Part shown: piece after piece, positions 1 through 11,235 of the stretch
Numbering within the stretch: position 1 is the first letter of the stretch
Layout: each line of letters opens with the position of its first letter
Source of the DNA: Nitrospirota bacterium
GTDB lineage: Bacteria > Nitrospirota > Nitrospiria > SBBL01 > JAADHI01
DNA: 64,000 nucleotides
NCBI GenBank assembly: GCA_029261135.1
Contig: JAJDBX010000006.1
Location: 64,123-128,122 of the forward strand
Direction of reading: 5' to 3'
Notes under the pieces: model-generated
Told to the model about the DNA's origin: nothing
What the model saw: the letters and a program-made list of their open reading frames with translations, nothing else
Database searches by the model: none
Position numbers and translations under genes: made by a program

Positions 1-494
1 TCGATCTCTTGCACCGTATCGCCCATCCGCGCCACGATACGATCAATGAGGTCAACTAGAAACTCTGCCGAATCTTTTGGTCCTTGACCCAGATCAAGCT
101 CTGTCACAATATCGCGGGCCGAGAACAGATCTCGTTTGCGAGTGCTAATCATACGGTTTTGGTCAACCCACAAGCGCACAGACACCATGTCATTGGGTTC
201 TGCGCCCGGGTTTAAATTGACGCCCCGGAGGGCCATCAAATAACCGTCTTTTATCACTGTGATTCTTGGTCGGGTTTCCTCCATAATCAAGGCCTCGGCG
301 GCCAACCTGTCAAGGCCGCTCTTATCGAGTACCCATGTTTTGCTCTCGGGATGTGCATAGTCCAAGTGTAGCCAAAGGGCACCATCGGAAGCTTTCCAAG
401 TCCCGACTTCGTCCCATGACAAGGCATGCGCACAGCCTGTTCCATCAAAAAGATAAGCGTGAAAGAGGCCGAGTTCTGTCGAAAGTTTTTTCAT
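1..494 (-). CDS. zntB: CorA/ZntB-family divalent-metal (zinc) transporter, N-terminal cytoplasmic part; 3' end lies beyond the window start
   Basis: Not in the ORF track because it runs off the edge. Reverse translation from ATG 494-492 gives MKKLSTELGLFHAYLFDG...LWLHLDYAHPESKTWVL...EETRPRITVIKDGYLMALRGVN...VSVRLWVDQNRMISTRKRDL. This is colinear with my recollection of the E. coli ZntB N-terminus (WLHLNY, ESTRPRV, MRVYMD..IVSTRQRK). Confidence 0.7.
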   Translation of the reverse strand, partial: MKKLSTELGLFHAYLFDGTGCAHALSWDEVGTWKASDGALWLHLDYAHPESKTWVLDKSGLDRLAAEALIMEETRPRITVIKDGYLMALRGVNLNPGAEPNDMVSVRLWVDQNRMISTRKRDLFSARDIVTELDLGQGPKDSAEFLVDLIDRIVARMGDTVQEI

Positions 495-660
495 GGCTTG
501 GTGTTGAGTTCCTTTCCGGACAAGTCAATGCGACATTGTACTGCATAGTGCTTTCTTGTTTCTGTGAAATTCGTACTTCATCATCGACCGCCACCAATTC
601 CTTCTCTTGTTTATTTCATTTCTGATACTTTCTCGAAAAGGTCTGTTTCCTAGCAGAAGA

Positions 661-879
661 TTATACACTTTTTTTGATCTTGTCCTTTTTATGTTTTAAG
701 TGGCCATACATGAACCAACCAATGATGATGCCAATGGCAAGCAAGAGGAACATGAGTAAGGAACGCGACATCTGCATCGACCAAAACAAAAACTGGATCT
801 CGACAATCGCAACATTCTGGATAATAAAAAGGACGACAAAGCCCGTAAGGGTTAGGATGACAATTAATTTATGATTCAT
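661..879 (-). CDS. small inner-membrane protein, LapA-domain (DUF1049-like)
   Basis: ORF 661..915. The likely start is MNHKL (ATG 879) behind a G-rich SD. Two hydrophobic helices are followed by the basic tail KHKKDKIKK. Confidence 0.5.
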   Translation of the reverse strand: MNHKLIVILTLTGFVVLFIIQNVAIVEIQFLFWSMQMSRSLLMFLLLAIGIIIGWFMYGHLKHKKDKIKKSV

Positions 880-1111
880 AATGTTGTTACCCCCCAAAAC
901 GACATACGAGCCCACTGACAGCTCTCTGAGAAATCCAATCGGCAGAACGCCTTAGCCGCTTCATTAAACATGTCACCAATCATTCAGACATCATTCATCA
1001 AAAGCATATGTTTTTCAAGTTTATAGAGTAGTCTTATTCCTTTAAGTTTTCAGCCGCGAGAAAAAACCGAGAAAAAGTTTCTCTTGTGTGTCAGAAACGT
1101 CACGGACTACA

Positions 1112-1405
1112 GACGGCCCTTAATTACATGTCTGTCGCGCTCCACGCGAACTAGGCTGTATTGAGCGCACGCTGTTCATTCTGGATTGGCTGCAAGCTGT
1201 GTTCTTCAATCGGTTGGGCGAAATCCGAGACCGAAGTTTAGAGCAGCAGCGCTATCGAGCCATCAGTCTCAACTTAGTGACTGCCACTGTCTTGTTATGG
1301 ATATGGTCTACCTTGAAAGGGAATATAGGCACTACGAGAAACTGCCAAGCTCATAGGGGGACACCCTGCTACAATATCTATCGCCGCTGGACTGGGAACA
1401 CATCA
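1112..1405 (+). pseudogene. Tn3-family transposase, decayed C-terminal fragment
   Basis: Different frames give [47 protein letters not shown] and [13 protein letters not shown]. These are conserved C-terminal TnpA blocks, but an internal deletion and frameshifts are present. Confidence 0.75.
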
Positions 1406-1440
1406 TTCGGAAAAAATCTTAGCGTAAGATTTTTTCCGAA
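1406..1440. repeat. perfect palindrome, 16-bp arms with a 3-nt centre (TTCGGAAAAAATCTTA gcg TAAGATTTTTTCCGAA)
   Basis: Read directly. The right arm lies inside the putative terminal IR of the Tn3-type scar. Confidence 0.85.
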
Positions 1441-1455
1441 TTCTGCGGGTACCCC
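1418..1455. repeat. putative 38-bp terminal inverted repeat of the decayed Tn3-family element (outer end CCCC at 1452-1455)
   Basis: The reverse complement GGGGTACCCGCAGAATTCGGAAAAAATCTTACGCTAAG has a GGGG outer end and an ACGCTAAG inner end. I recall these for Tn21-subgroup IRs. It sits directly after the TnpA remnant. Confidence 0.5.
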
Positions 1456-1493
1456 AAAAGAGGCCCATGTTGAGACATTTCTTTAAAAGAAAA

Positions 1494-2057
1494 TCATTTC
1501 CAAAAAGCAATACAGGATTGAATATGCTCTTTTTCGCATAAAAAGGTCACTTCATCACGCGCATAAACCCTTGTATTTCCATAGGCAAGAACAATTTCAT
1601 CCCGTTTCTTGATAAAGAAAATCAGCATTTGTGGAGGGAGTTTCAATTCTTGAATCGTAAGGCCAATGCCTGAATGCTTTTTCGAAATCACAATGTTTTG
1701 TATCACAAAATCAGAACGAATCAAAAGTCGTTCAAAATCATGCAAGGTTTCATAAGGAGAAACGATACTTTCGGTGGCCTCTAATTTCTTTTGTGTTTTC
1801 AGCACCTTGTCAATTAAGGCGTGTATTTCTGTTTTTTCGTATAACTGATTGAGGGATATCTCTGCATGCTCATATATTTTTTCACCTAAATTAACTTGGT
1901 CTCCTTGAATTTCTTTTTCTAAGGTCGTCGCATCAATATTTAATTTTACTTTTTGAACATGCTGATTGACGAGTTCTGCAATGGTGACAATGGCTTCTTG
2001 TGCGCCGCTGAGCACGAGTGTAAAGTCGCGTGAGACCTTTTTTAAAATTGAGATCAT
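1494..2057 (-). CDS. hypothetical protein with a C-terminal TrkA-C/RCK_C-like domain
   Basis: 187-aa ORF. The C-terminal block IQELKLPPQMLIFFIKKRDEIVLAYGNTRVYARDEVTFLCEKE resembles RCK C-terminal domains. Confidence 0.5.
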   Translation of the reverse strand: MISILKKVSRDFTLVLSGAQEAIVTIAELVNQHVQKVKLNIDATTLEKEIQGDQVNLGEKIYEHAEISLNQLYEKTEIHALIDKVLKTQKKLEATESIVSPYETLHDFERLLIRSDFVIQNIVISKKHSGIGLTIQELKLPPQMLIFFIKKRDEIVLAYGNTRVYARDEVTFLCEKEHIQSCIAFWK

Positions 2058-2090
2058 AATAGTGTCTGATAAGATATATTATGTAAACTT

Positions 2091-3260
2091 TTATGAATTA
2101 ATCTGGTTAAGGTGAAATATTGCTTTATCCCCGACTTCCAGATGATAGTGCCAGTTGGATAAATGGTTGACGATTCCTTTTTTGTCTCCAAAGAAACCCT
2201 CTTCGACCAAGTTTTGAAGTGAGTCAGGATAGCGTTTATATTTCAAATAGTAAAGATCGAGTGCAAATCGAATGAAATATTGCTCATTTTTTTCCGAGAG
2301 CGCCTCAATTTCATAGAACGATCGAGCGACCCCCAATGATGTGACTTGAAGCGATGGATATGACAGGACAAAAAGACTTACAACAAAGATAGAGACCATT
2401 GACCCCACCATAAATTTTATAGCTTTTTCTTTTTCAAACCGAGACTTTTGTACGATTTCTTCATACTCATCCTCTTTATCTTTTATTTCTATAATCTTTT
2501 TTTCAAAAAGTAAACCCACTAAAGATTGGTAAGTATCAAATGCACCCATATGGGCACGATCAATGATTTGTTGAACAGTTTGCTCTCCATCGACTTCTTC
2601 TAAAATCAAGGATATCTCCGCGCTTTCTTCCTCTTCATCGTCTGCGAGGTCTCCAAAAAGATCATCGGCTTCATGACTTGTACTGCTTTCTTCCTCTTCT
2701 TCCAGGGCTTCTTCTGTAACACCCAAAGCAAGTTCTGTTTTTTCGAAGACCGATTGCCTGGAAGGGATTTTTTTAATCAAAGCCGGCCACTCATCTATCT
2801 GCCGTACCGATTCCATTAAAATATACTGTGTGTCAAAGGGTTGTACCAATGAAGGATTATAGGACATGTCTTTTTGCAGAAATTCATATTCCCCGGATTG
2901 CCAATCGAAAACCTTGTAGATGCTCTCTTCACTATACAGGCGGTTGAGTCTTTTTAATGCCTCTTTCGTGACAAATTCTAGGTCAACGAGCACGCCTTCC
3001 AATGATTTTTTGACATTTTCCTGGCGATAACGGGCAATAACGAGTTGGTCATCTGAGATCATCTGCGCCCGTACGAGGTTTTGGCCTAGCTTTTCGTCAT
3101 GGTCGCCGTCGTAGGCCCTAAAAATTTTGCCTTCCTTAAAACAAATCGTAATAACAGTGTCCTCTTTTTCTAAAAGCAGAATGCCCTCTTGTTTTTGGTG
3201 ATAAATCAGTTGAAATATTTCAGATAAGCCGAATTCTTTGATAGATCCTTTTAAAGCCAT
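2091..3260 (-). CDS. DUF4388 (PATAN-like) domain protein with an acidic linker and a C-terminal TM segment
   Basis: The N-terminus GSIKEFGLSEIFQLIYHQKQEGILLLEKEDTVITICFKEGKIFRAY matches the remembered DUF4388 signature. An E/D-rich stretch and a hydrophobic helix MVGSMVSIFVVSLFVLSY follow. Confidence 0.65.
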   Translation of the reverse strand: MALKGSIKEFGLSEIFQLIYHQKQEGILLLEKEDTVITICFKEGKIFRAYDGDHDEKLGQNLVRAQMISDDQLVIARYRQENVKKSLEGVLVDLEFVTKEALKRLNRLYSEESIYKVFDWQSGEYEFLQKDMSYNPSLVQPFDTQYILMESVRQIDEWPALIKKIPSRQSVFEKTELALGVTEEALEEEEESSTSHEADDLFGDLADDEEEESAEISLILEEVDGEQTVQQIIDRAHMGAFDTYQSLVGLLFEKKIIEIKDKEDEYEEIVQKSRFEKEKAIKFMVGSMVSIFVVSLFVLSYPSLQVTSLGVARSFYEIEALSEKNEQYFIRFALDLYYLKYKRYPDSLQNLVEEGFFGDKKGIVNHLSNWHYHLEVGDKAIFHLNQINS

Positions 3261-5011
3261 TTACCTTGACTCCTTTTGAAGGCTAAATCACTAAAAGCTG
3301 AAATATAAAGGAAAATAATCAAAATGACGGGGAAAGCTGAGCGAGACTGATGCAAGTACCATTCTGTGGGTGGAACAAGAAAGTCCCCTATAAAAATGTA
3401 AGAGAGCAATAGAAAAAATATCGATAGAAAGCAAAATGCCATTTTTGTTTTTCGAATGGCAAAATGACCTCCGCCGGGAAAAAGGAACATTAAATATGTT
3501 CTTGCAGAAATTTTCTTGATAGCATCTTCAACCATTGAGAAATCACTTTTTCTTTTAACCGTCACGAAACGCATTTCGCAATGTTTACAGACTTGATAGC
3601 TAAACAGGCGTTTTTCACAGCGCGTGCAGATGGCTTTTTTGCAAAATGCACAATGCTTTGCCGAAAAAAGACCGCGGTGTAAAAATCCAGAAACTAAGAG
3701 CAAAATGGCCCATATGATTGCAATGGCTGGCGCTTTTTGTAATGGAATATGCCCCATAGCCCCTTGCCAGATGCGATCACTCAAGACATCGATTTTCCCC
3801 GTTTCACTGAGGAATTTTTGCCAGAGATCTGCTTTTGCAAATCGTTCTTCTATGACAGGATAGTTCGGGTAACGTGCAGACTTCCTGGAATAAATACCAG
3901 TGGTTTTGGTACTCAAATTATTCGCTTTTGCAAAGAGTTCATCCCCTTTTTCAAATAATAACATTTCTCGATAAGACTGGCTTAAATTGTAATATGAAGA
4001 AACAAGTGCAGGAGAAGCTTCAATGGCTTGTTTATAATAGTTGATGGCCTGATTATAATCTTTTAGATAATAGGCAAGGTTCCCTAGGTTGTTTAAAATC
4101 ATTGGTGAACTCGGATTTTCTATTAATGCTTTTTGATAGAGTTCTATTGCTTTTTTGTAGCGGCTGTGTTGCGCTTCATAAGAAGCGCGAATAAACAAGC
4201 TTTCCCAGCTGCTTTGATCCACTTCAAGTGAAGGAGGGGTCCACAAGTAATCTGCCCGATAATTCCGAGACATCTCGTTGAGCAATAGAGAACTATTGGC
4301 TGTGAATAGTGTGAGTGTCAGAGGTAAAATCCAAGGACTTAAACCCAAACCGACAATAAAAGAAAAAATAACTCTTTTTTCAATACGGTTGTAAAAACCC
4401 CAAAATAGCGCCAATGAGAATAAAATAAACCAGAATATGGGTATCCCCAAAAACAATGGCGTAAACCAACAAATAACAAAAAGGAGTGCCGCTGGGATCA
4501 ACTGCAGATATCCTCGTGAAGTCTCAGAAATTTGATGAACCCAGATAGGGAGGAATGAAACAAGAGAATAGAGAATAAAAACAAGAAAACTCATGATAAT
4601 GGCAAGTAAGAAGAGCAAACACAAAGGACTTAAAATAGGCACGACCAACAAAAAATCTCCAAACACAAGATGGACACCCTCTGTAAAATAAGAAAAAGCA
4701 TCCATAATATCAAACCAATTTGCCTGCCAGACTGCCTTGGCTAAGAAAAAATTGGGTGTGGGAGAAAGGGGAGAGATTTTGGAGGCCATATTCCCAAACT
4801 TAATGGCTTCATCCTCCCGTCCCTGTTTTAATGCCTCTTCGGCTTTAAGTAAAAAATATGTTGAGACGCGGTCTGAGCGTTCTATGCCTTGGTCGATGAT
4901 AAAACCGTCAAAATATTTTTCGTCTGACATTTTTTCAAAAAAAGGTGTGGGAATGGAATCGGATACTTCGATCGCGCCCACTTGTGAAACAGGAGTAAGT
5001 AAGGTGATCAT
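3251..5011 (-). CDS. polytopic membrane protein with TPR repeats and a Cys-rich zinc-ribbon-like motif
   Basis: ORF 3251..5272, but its first 87 codons overlap plsY. First ATG downstream of plsY is at 5011, though no convincing SD precedes it. TPR-like YYNLSQSYREM and AINYYKQAIE are present. So is CAFCKKAICTRCEKRLFSYQVCKHCE, with many TM helices. The start is uncertain. Confidence 0.6.
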   Translation of the reverse strand: MITLLTPVSQVGAIEVSDSIPTPFFEKMSDEKYFDGFIIDQGIERSDRVSTYFLLKAEEALKQGREDEAIKFGNMASKISPLSPTPNFFLAKAVWQANWFDIMDAFSYFTEGVHLVFGDFLLVVPILSPLCLLFLLAIIMSFLVFILYSLVSFLPIWVHQISETSRGYLQLIPAALLFVICWFTPLFLGIPIFWFILFSLALFWGFYNRIEKRVIFSFIVGLGLSPWILPLTLTLFTANSSLLLNEMSRNYRADYLWTPPSLEVDQSSWESLFIRASYEAQHSRYKKAIELYQKALIENPSSPMILNNLGNLAYYLKDYNQAINYYKQAIEASPALVSSYYNLSQSYREMLLFEKGDELFAKANNLSTKTTGIYSRKSARYPNYPVIEERFAKADLWQKFLSETGKIDVLSDRIWQGAMGHIPLQKAPAIAIIWAILLLVSGFLHRGLFSAKHCAFCKKAICTRCEKRLFSYQVCKHCEMRFVTVKRKSDFSMVEDAIKKISARTYLMFLFPGGGHFAIRKTKMAFCFLSIFFLLLSYIFIGDFLVPPTEWYLHQSRSAFPVILIIFLYISAFSDLAFKRSQGKWL

Positions 5012-5073
5012 CAGGAACCAGGCAATTCTAGAATCCTTAAAAACGAAGAAAGTTTGAAGCGAATTGAAATCGC

Positions 5074-5667
5074 TTAGGCAGATCCTTCCTTGCCTTGAAA
5101 AAGACGACAAATATTTGACCAGTGACGAATATAGATCAGAACCGTGACAAGCACGGTGAATATGACAAAATCCGTTCCTAAATCGAAGAATAATGTCAGT
5201 AGTGGCAGCGCGCCAAAAGCCGTGAGTGCGCCCACTGAAGAATATTTCCCTAAAAATACCCCACCTCCCCATAAGATCAAAGCAATCAGTGCAACTTGGG
5301 GCGCCAAGAAAAGGATAATTCCAAAGCTCGTTGCAACCCCTTTTCCTCCCTTAAATTTTAAGAACACAGAGAAAACATGTCCTAATATCGCGGCCAGGGC
5401 AACGAGGAGGATTGTCTGCTCACTCAGTACCAATTGGCGAGAAACAGCAATGAGAGGCATCCCTTTCAAAAGGTCAAAAACCAATGTAAGCAGGGCTGCC
5501 TTTTTTCCGACAACGCGCAACACATTGGTCGCCCCGATATTGCCACTTCCCTTTTCTCTGGGGTCGGTTCCATGAGCGATTTTGGAAACAATCAATCCAA
5601 AAGGAATCGACCCGATCCCATAATTAGCAAGAATCATTCCGATTTCTAAAGCGCCAAATTTAATCAT
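5074..5667 (-). CDS. plsY: glycerol-3-phosphate acyltransferase PlsY
   Basis: 197 aa with the GSGNIGATNV motif and the membrane profile typical of PlsY. Confidence 0.9.
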   Translation of the reverse strand: MIKFGALEIGMILANYGIGSIPFGLIVSKIAHGTDPREKGSGNIGATNVLRVVGKKAALLTLVFDLLKGMPLIAVSRQLVLSEQTILLVALAAILGHVFSVFLKFKGGKGVATSFGIILFLAPQVALIALILWGGGVFLGKYSSVGALTAFGALPLLTLFFDLGTDFVIFTVLVTVLIYIRHWSNICRLFQGKEGSA

Positions 5668-5867
5668 GATTTCCTGATGTTTTGATCTATTTTAAAAACA
5701 AAATAATGATAAATTAGGGAGAGTGCACGAAAGCTTGGAGTGAGCGTATTATTTTAGTCCAAAAAATTCGTAAACCATTTCTCTACAAGGTATTTGTTAA
5801 AAATTACTTAATTTACAATGAATTATGAAATTAATAGTGAAGTGTTACTTCGTATAAAAATATGGGT

Positions 5868-6410
5868 TTATTTTAGTTCAAGCAGATTGAGACTTCGTCC
5901 GAATTTAAAAAGATACTGCAATGCAGAAAGAATTGCCAGTATCATCGAAAGTAATAATAAGAGCATGCCCATCTGGTGGAACAATGGATTTTTAAAATCA
6001 ATGGTCAAAATAATGACAGAAACTGCCTGAAAAAACATTTTTATTTTACCCGTCGTTTCAGCGGCAATCACGATCCCTTCATTTGACGCCATCGCGCGAA
6101 AGGCAGTCATGGCAAATTCTCTTCCAATAATGATAATGGCCAACCATGCAGGAACACGGCTGTTGCCCACCAGAAGAATCAAAGCAGAAAGAATGAGTAA
6201 CTTATCTGCGATGGGGTCTAAAAATTTACCAAATTGTGTCACTTCAGATCTGGCCCGGGCAAGATAGCCATCCAGAAAATCAGTGAAGGAAGCGATGAGT
6301 AAAATCACTGCCGCAACGATCGAGGATTCCAATGAACTTTGATAGAAAAATAGAATATAAAAAGGAATCAGGACAATCCTAAAGAGTGTAATCATGTTGG
6401 GTAAATTCAT
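5868..6410 (-). CDS. pgsA: CDP-diacylglycerol--glycerol-3-phosphate 3-phosphatidyltransferase
   Basis: CDP-alcohol phosphatidyltransferase motif DFLDGYLAR...GKFLDPIADK. The start MNLPNMITLFR at 6410 overlaps the upstream stop by 4 nt. Confidence 0.9.
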   Translation of the reverse strand: MNLPNMITLFRIVLIPFYILFFYQSSLESSIVAAVILLIASFTDFLDGYLARARSEVTQFGKFLDPIADKLLILSALILLVGNSRVPAWLAIIIIGREFAMTAFRAMASNEGIVIAAETTGKIKMFFQAVSVIILTIDFKNPLFHQMGMLLLLLSMILAILSALQYLFKFGRSLNLLELK

Positions 6411-7336
6411 GCGTTTTCCCTGAAGGCCGACTCCCCTTCTGGTTTTGTTCTCCAGCGGCGATGCATCCAGACCCATTGATCAGGATATTGTTTGATATGT
6501 TCTTCAATTTTTGTGGTAAAGATTGCGGTATTGGTTTTTATATCCTTCTCTTTGTCCCCGCTTTTAAATAAACGCATGGGTTTTTCAATGGTAATACGAT
6601 GACGATCTCCGGGTAAGCGTGTAACAAAGCACATCATCGTTGTCGCCCCACTTCTGAGCGCAAGCTGGGCGGCACCTGCAGGAGTATGGGCTTTTTTATT
6701 AAAAAAATTCACAAAGACACCATCAACTCTTGTGTCTTGATCAATGAGTAAGCCTAGAATTTCTTTGCTTCGTAAAACGTTCAAAATTTTTCTTGAAGAT
6801 GAAGGGGTTCCTCGGCTGATGGTTTCAATGTTAAAACCGGCACGAAGCCCTACGATCACATCATCAATACGAGGGTCATATAATGGCGTGGCAATCACAT
6901 GAAGCCGAAAACCACGAAGAGAAAGTGCTGCGGCCATCAATTCCCAATTGCCAATATGCCCTGTAATCAATATCGTTCCGTTTCCGGAGGCTTCAGATTC
7001 TCTTAAATATTCTTCGCCTTCTATCGAGATCAGATGATCCAATTTCTCTTTGTTCAAATATTTAAGATTAAGAATCTCGATCAAGCCCTTTCCCAAATTA
7101 CAAAAATTCTTTCTGGCAATTAAGGACAAAGTCCGATCTGATTTTTCCGATCCAAATGCCGTGCGAAGTCCTTCAAGGGATCGCGCTCTTTCCCGACCCA
7201 AAGTATAAAAGGCGATAATCCCTAATAATCCACCGAGATGAACGCCTAAACGCCAAGGCAGTGGCCGCGTCAAGATTCCAAGCATTTTAAAAAAAATCAA
7301 TAGTAAGTTACGGGCTGCCCGTTTAGACCATTTCAT
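6407..7336 (-). CDS. lipid A biosynthesis (LpxL/HtrB-type) lysophospholipid acyltransferase family protein
   Basis: 309 aa with an N-terminal TM helix and the HIGNWE (Hx4E) acyltransferase motif. It sits among KDO and lipid genes. Confidence 0.75.
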   Translation of the reverse strand: MKWSKRAARNLLLIFFKMLGILTRPLPWRLGVHLGGLLGIIAFYTLGRERARSLEGLRTAFGSEKSDRTLSLIARKNFCNLGKGLIEILNLKYLNKEKLDHLISIEGEEYLRESEASGNGTILITGHIGNWELMAAALSLRGFRLHVIATPLYDPRIDDVIVGLRAGFNIETISRGTPSSSRKILNVLRSKEILGLLIDQDTRVDGVFVNFFNKKAHTPAGAAQLALRSGATTMMCFVTRLPGDRHRITIEKPMRLFKSGDKEKDIKTNTAIFTTKIEEHIKQYPDQWVWMHRRWRTKPEGESAFRENA

Positions 7337-7357
7337 CGACTTCTTGAAGAAAACCCT

Positions 7358-8338
7358 TTATAAAGCGCCTTTTTTGAGTAAGTCATGGAGATGAAGTATG
7401 CCTTCAACACGCCCTGAATCATCCACGACAACAAGAGAGGTGATTGAATTACTCTCCATGAGGCTAATGGCCTGACTGGCTAAAGCATTTTTTTGAATGG
7501 TTTTCGGGCTTAAGACCATAACTTGTTTTGCGGGAAGTGAAAAAATATTTTCGGGTTGCCCCGAAACCGATTTGAAAAGACGCCTTAAGTCACCGTCTGT
7601 GACAATACCGACTAGTTTTTCTGTTTGATCCAGAACTGTCGTCATCCCCAGTTTTTTTTCTGTCATCTCGAGCACAACATCATTCATCGGGGTTTCTTCC
7701 CTCACTTTGGGAATATCCCTTCCCACATGCATCACATCTTCTACTTTCAGCAAAAGATTTCTTCCCAAAGACCCACCGGGATGGAAAGAAGCAAAATCTT
7801 CTTTCTGAAAACCCTTTTTCTGAAGCAAAGCCACCGCAAGGGCATCTCCCATCGCAAGCGTTGCGGTCGTGCTTGCCGTAGGTGCCAGGCCAAGCGGGCA
7901 GGCCTCTTCCTCAACGGAGACGTTGAGAACCACATCAGAATGTTTTGCTAAAGTGGATTTCATATCTCCTGTGAGGGTAATGAGTTTAAGATTCAATCGT
8001 TTAAGAGAAGGCAGTATGCGGAGAATTTCTTCTGTCTCACCACTGTTTGAGATCATCAGCGCGACATCATTTTTTGAGATCATGCCCAGATCACCATGGA
8101 TGCCTTCTGAGGGATGCATGAAAAATGCAGGAGTTCCGGTGCTGGCAAAGGTCGCGCTTATTTTTTTTCCGATCAAACCCGACTTTCCCATCCCGATCAC
8201 AACCACATGTCCTTCACAAACAGCGCAAAGCGTGACGGCAGAGATAAATGCACCATCAAGCCGTTTAATCAAACGGGAAATCGCTTCTGATTCGATTTGA
8301 AGTACGCGAATTCCCTCTTCTAATATTTCATTCGACAT
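7358..8338 (-). CDS. kdsD: arabinose-5-phosphate isomerase (KpsF/GutQ/KdsD family; SIS domain plus two CBS domains)
   Basis: SIS block VVVIGMGKSGLIGKKISATFASTGTPAFF, then GETEE, then tandem CBS-like repeats at the C-terminus. Confidence 0.85.
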   Translation of the reverse strand: MSNEILEEGIRVLQIESEAISRLIKRLDGAFISAVTLCAVCEGHVVVIGMGKSGLIGKKISATFASTGTPAFFMHPSEGIHGDLGMISKNDVALMISNSGETEEILRILPSLKRLNLKLITLTGDMKSTLAKHSDVVLNVSVEEEACPLGLAPTASTTATLAMGDALAVALLQKKGFQKEDFASFHPGGSLGRNLLLKVEDVMHVGRDIPKVREETPMNDVVLEMTEKKLGMTTVLDQTEKLVGIVTDGDLRRLFKSVSGQPENIFSLPAKQVMVLSPKTIQKNALASQAISLMESNSITSLVVVDDSGRVEGILHLHDLLKKGAL

Positions 8339-8345
8339 AAGCGAT

Positions 8346-10028
<1,683 letters not shown>

Positions 10029-10276
10029 TTAAAGATTCAACTCACGCTGTTTTCAACAATACGAATGTTTCTTCATCACCTGGTGTTCATATTGAACTGA
10101 AACTGAATAAAACAAGGCCATCGGTTAATCACATACTCACCCAAACAGAGATGGCCTGGAAGACTTGTATTTATACCTACTATTTGACCGTGCTACAAGG
10201 GTTTTTATCATTTTAAGAATTTCAGACCCGATAGTTGGGTGTTTTCAAAGAACAGGGTTAGAAAGATGCGAAAAAT

Positions 10277-10314
10277 GGGGTTTGTGCGTAATACGTGTAA
10301 AAAGTAGGCACATT
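10277..10314. repeat. left terminal IR of the Tn3-family element
   Basis: GGGGTTTGTGCGTAATACGTGTAAAAAGTAGGCACATT. Confidence 0.85.
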
Positions 10315-10399
10315 TCCAGGTGAGCATCGATAAAACTACTTTTTTTGGGCAAAGCTGCACATTTAGGGAAAAGCTTCATAGGATTTCATGGCGAGCCAT

Positions 10400-11230
10400 C
10401 TATAGACCTCCAGTGATCCTTCTGTTTTGTCCCCATTTTCCAATAACAAAAATAAAAAATAGAAACCCGAAGGCGCAGACAATCGAAGCGCCGGTCGGTG
10501 TGTCTAATGCAACCGAAGCGTATAGGCCGATCAGGCTTGCCAGGAAGCCGATTCCCCATCCGATTCCAAGGCGGATGCGAATGTCCTCTGTAAAAATCAA
10601 GGAAATCAGGGCGGGAACAATCAAATAGGAAAAAACAAGGAGTATTCCCGCAATAGCAACCGAACTGGTCACGACAAGCCCGAAGAGCATATAAAACAGA
10701 AGATCCCATGCCCGTGGGTGAAGCTGTTCTGTATTTGCTTGATCTGGATTAAAGGACAGCAGCATCAAGGGTTTTCGACAGACCCAGTGGAAGATTCCGA
10801 CAACGACATACAATAGGGCTGTTTTGCTAATCTCTTCATGAGACACAGTCAGGATATTTCCGACGAGCAGGGAACGGATATGTTCTACACCGCCCGGCAC
10901 ACGATCAAGGAGAATGAGACTTGCGGCCGCCGAAACAGCATAGGTCACTCCGATGATCGCCTCTTGAGGAATCACCTCCCGACGTTGACGCGATAAAGCA
11001 AAAAATGCCGCCCCCAAAAAGGTCATGCCCAGGGAGATAAAATAAGCTTCCTGATCATGCAGATCAAATCCGAGGAGAAGCGCAAGGGTTGATCCTAAAG
11101 CCGCCAACTGAGCCAATGCCAGATCAACAAAGATGACACCTCGCCGGATCACATGGAGTCCCAAATAAGTATGAATCGCAGTCAGAATCAGACATGCGAA
11201 AAATGGCAAAATGAGAAGTGAAAGCATCAT
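10400..11230 (-). CDS. metal (Zn/Mn-type) ABC transporter permease, ABC-3 family (ZnuB/MntB-like)
   Basis: 276 aa with about 8 TM helices. The overall pattern is that of ABC-3 permeases, and it sits directly downstream of a ZnuA/TroA-like binding protein. Confidence 0.8.
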   Translation of the reverse strand: MMLSLLILPFFACLILTAIHTYLGLHVIRRGVIFVDLALAQLAALGSTLALLLGFDLHDQEAYFISLGMTFLGAAFFALSRQRREVIPQEAIIGVTYAVSAAASLILLDRVPGGVEHIRSLLVGNILTVSHEEISKTALLYVVVGIFHWVCRKPLMLLSFNPDQANTEQLHPRAWDLLFYMLFGLVVTSSVAIAGILLVFSYLIVPALISLIFTEDIRIRLGIGWGIGFLASLIGLYASVALDTPTGASIVCAFGFLFFIFVIGKWGQNRRITGGL

Positions 11231-11235
11231 GCCTC

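Noticed and set aside
335-625. 96-aa plus-strand ORF
   Set aside because: It is antisense to the clearly ZntB-like N-terminal coding region. Its composition is basic and low-complexity.
5144-5575. 143-aa plus-strand ORF, and the 5074-5272 N-terminal extension of ORF 3251..5272
   Set aside because: Both overlap plsY, whose product has unambiguous family motifs. The extension has no membrane or TPR character, so I placed the TPR gene start at or after 5011.
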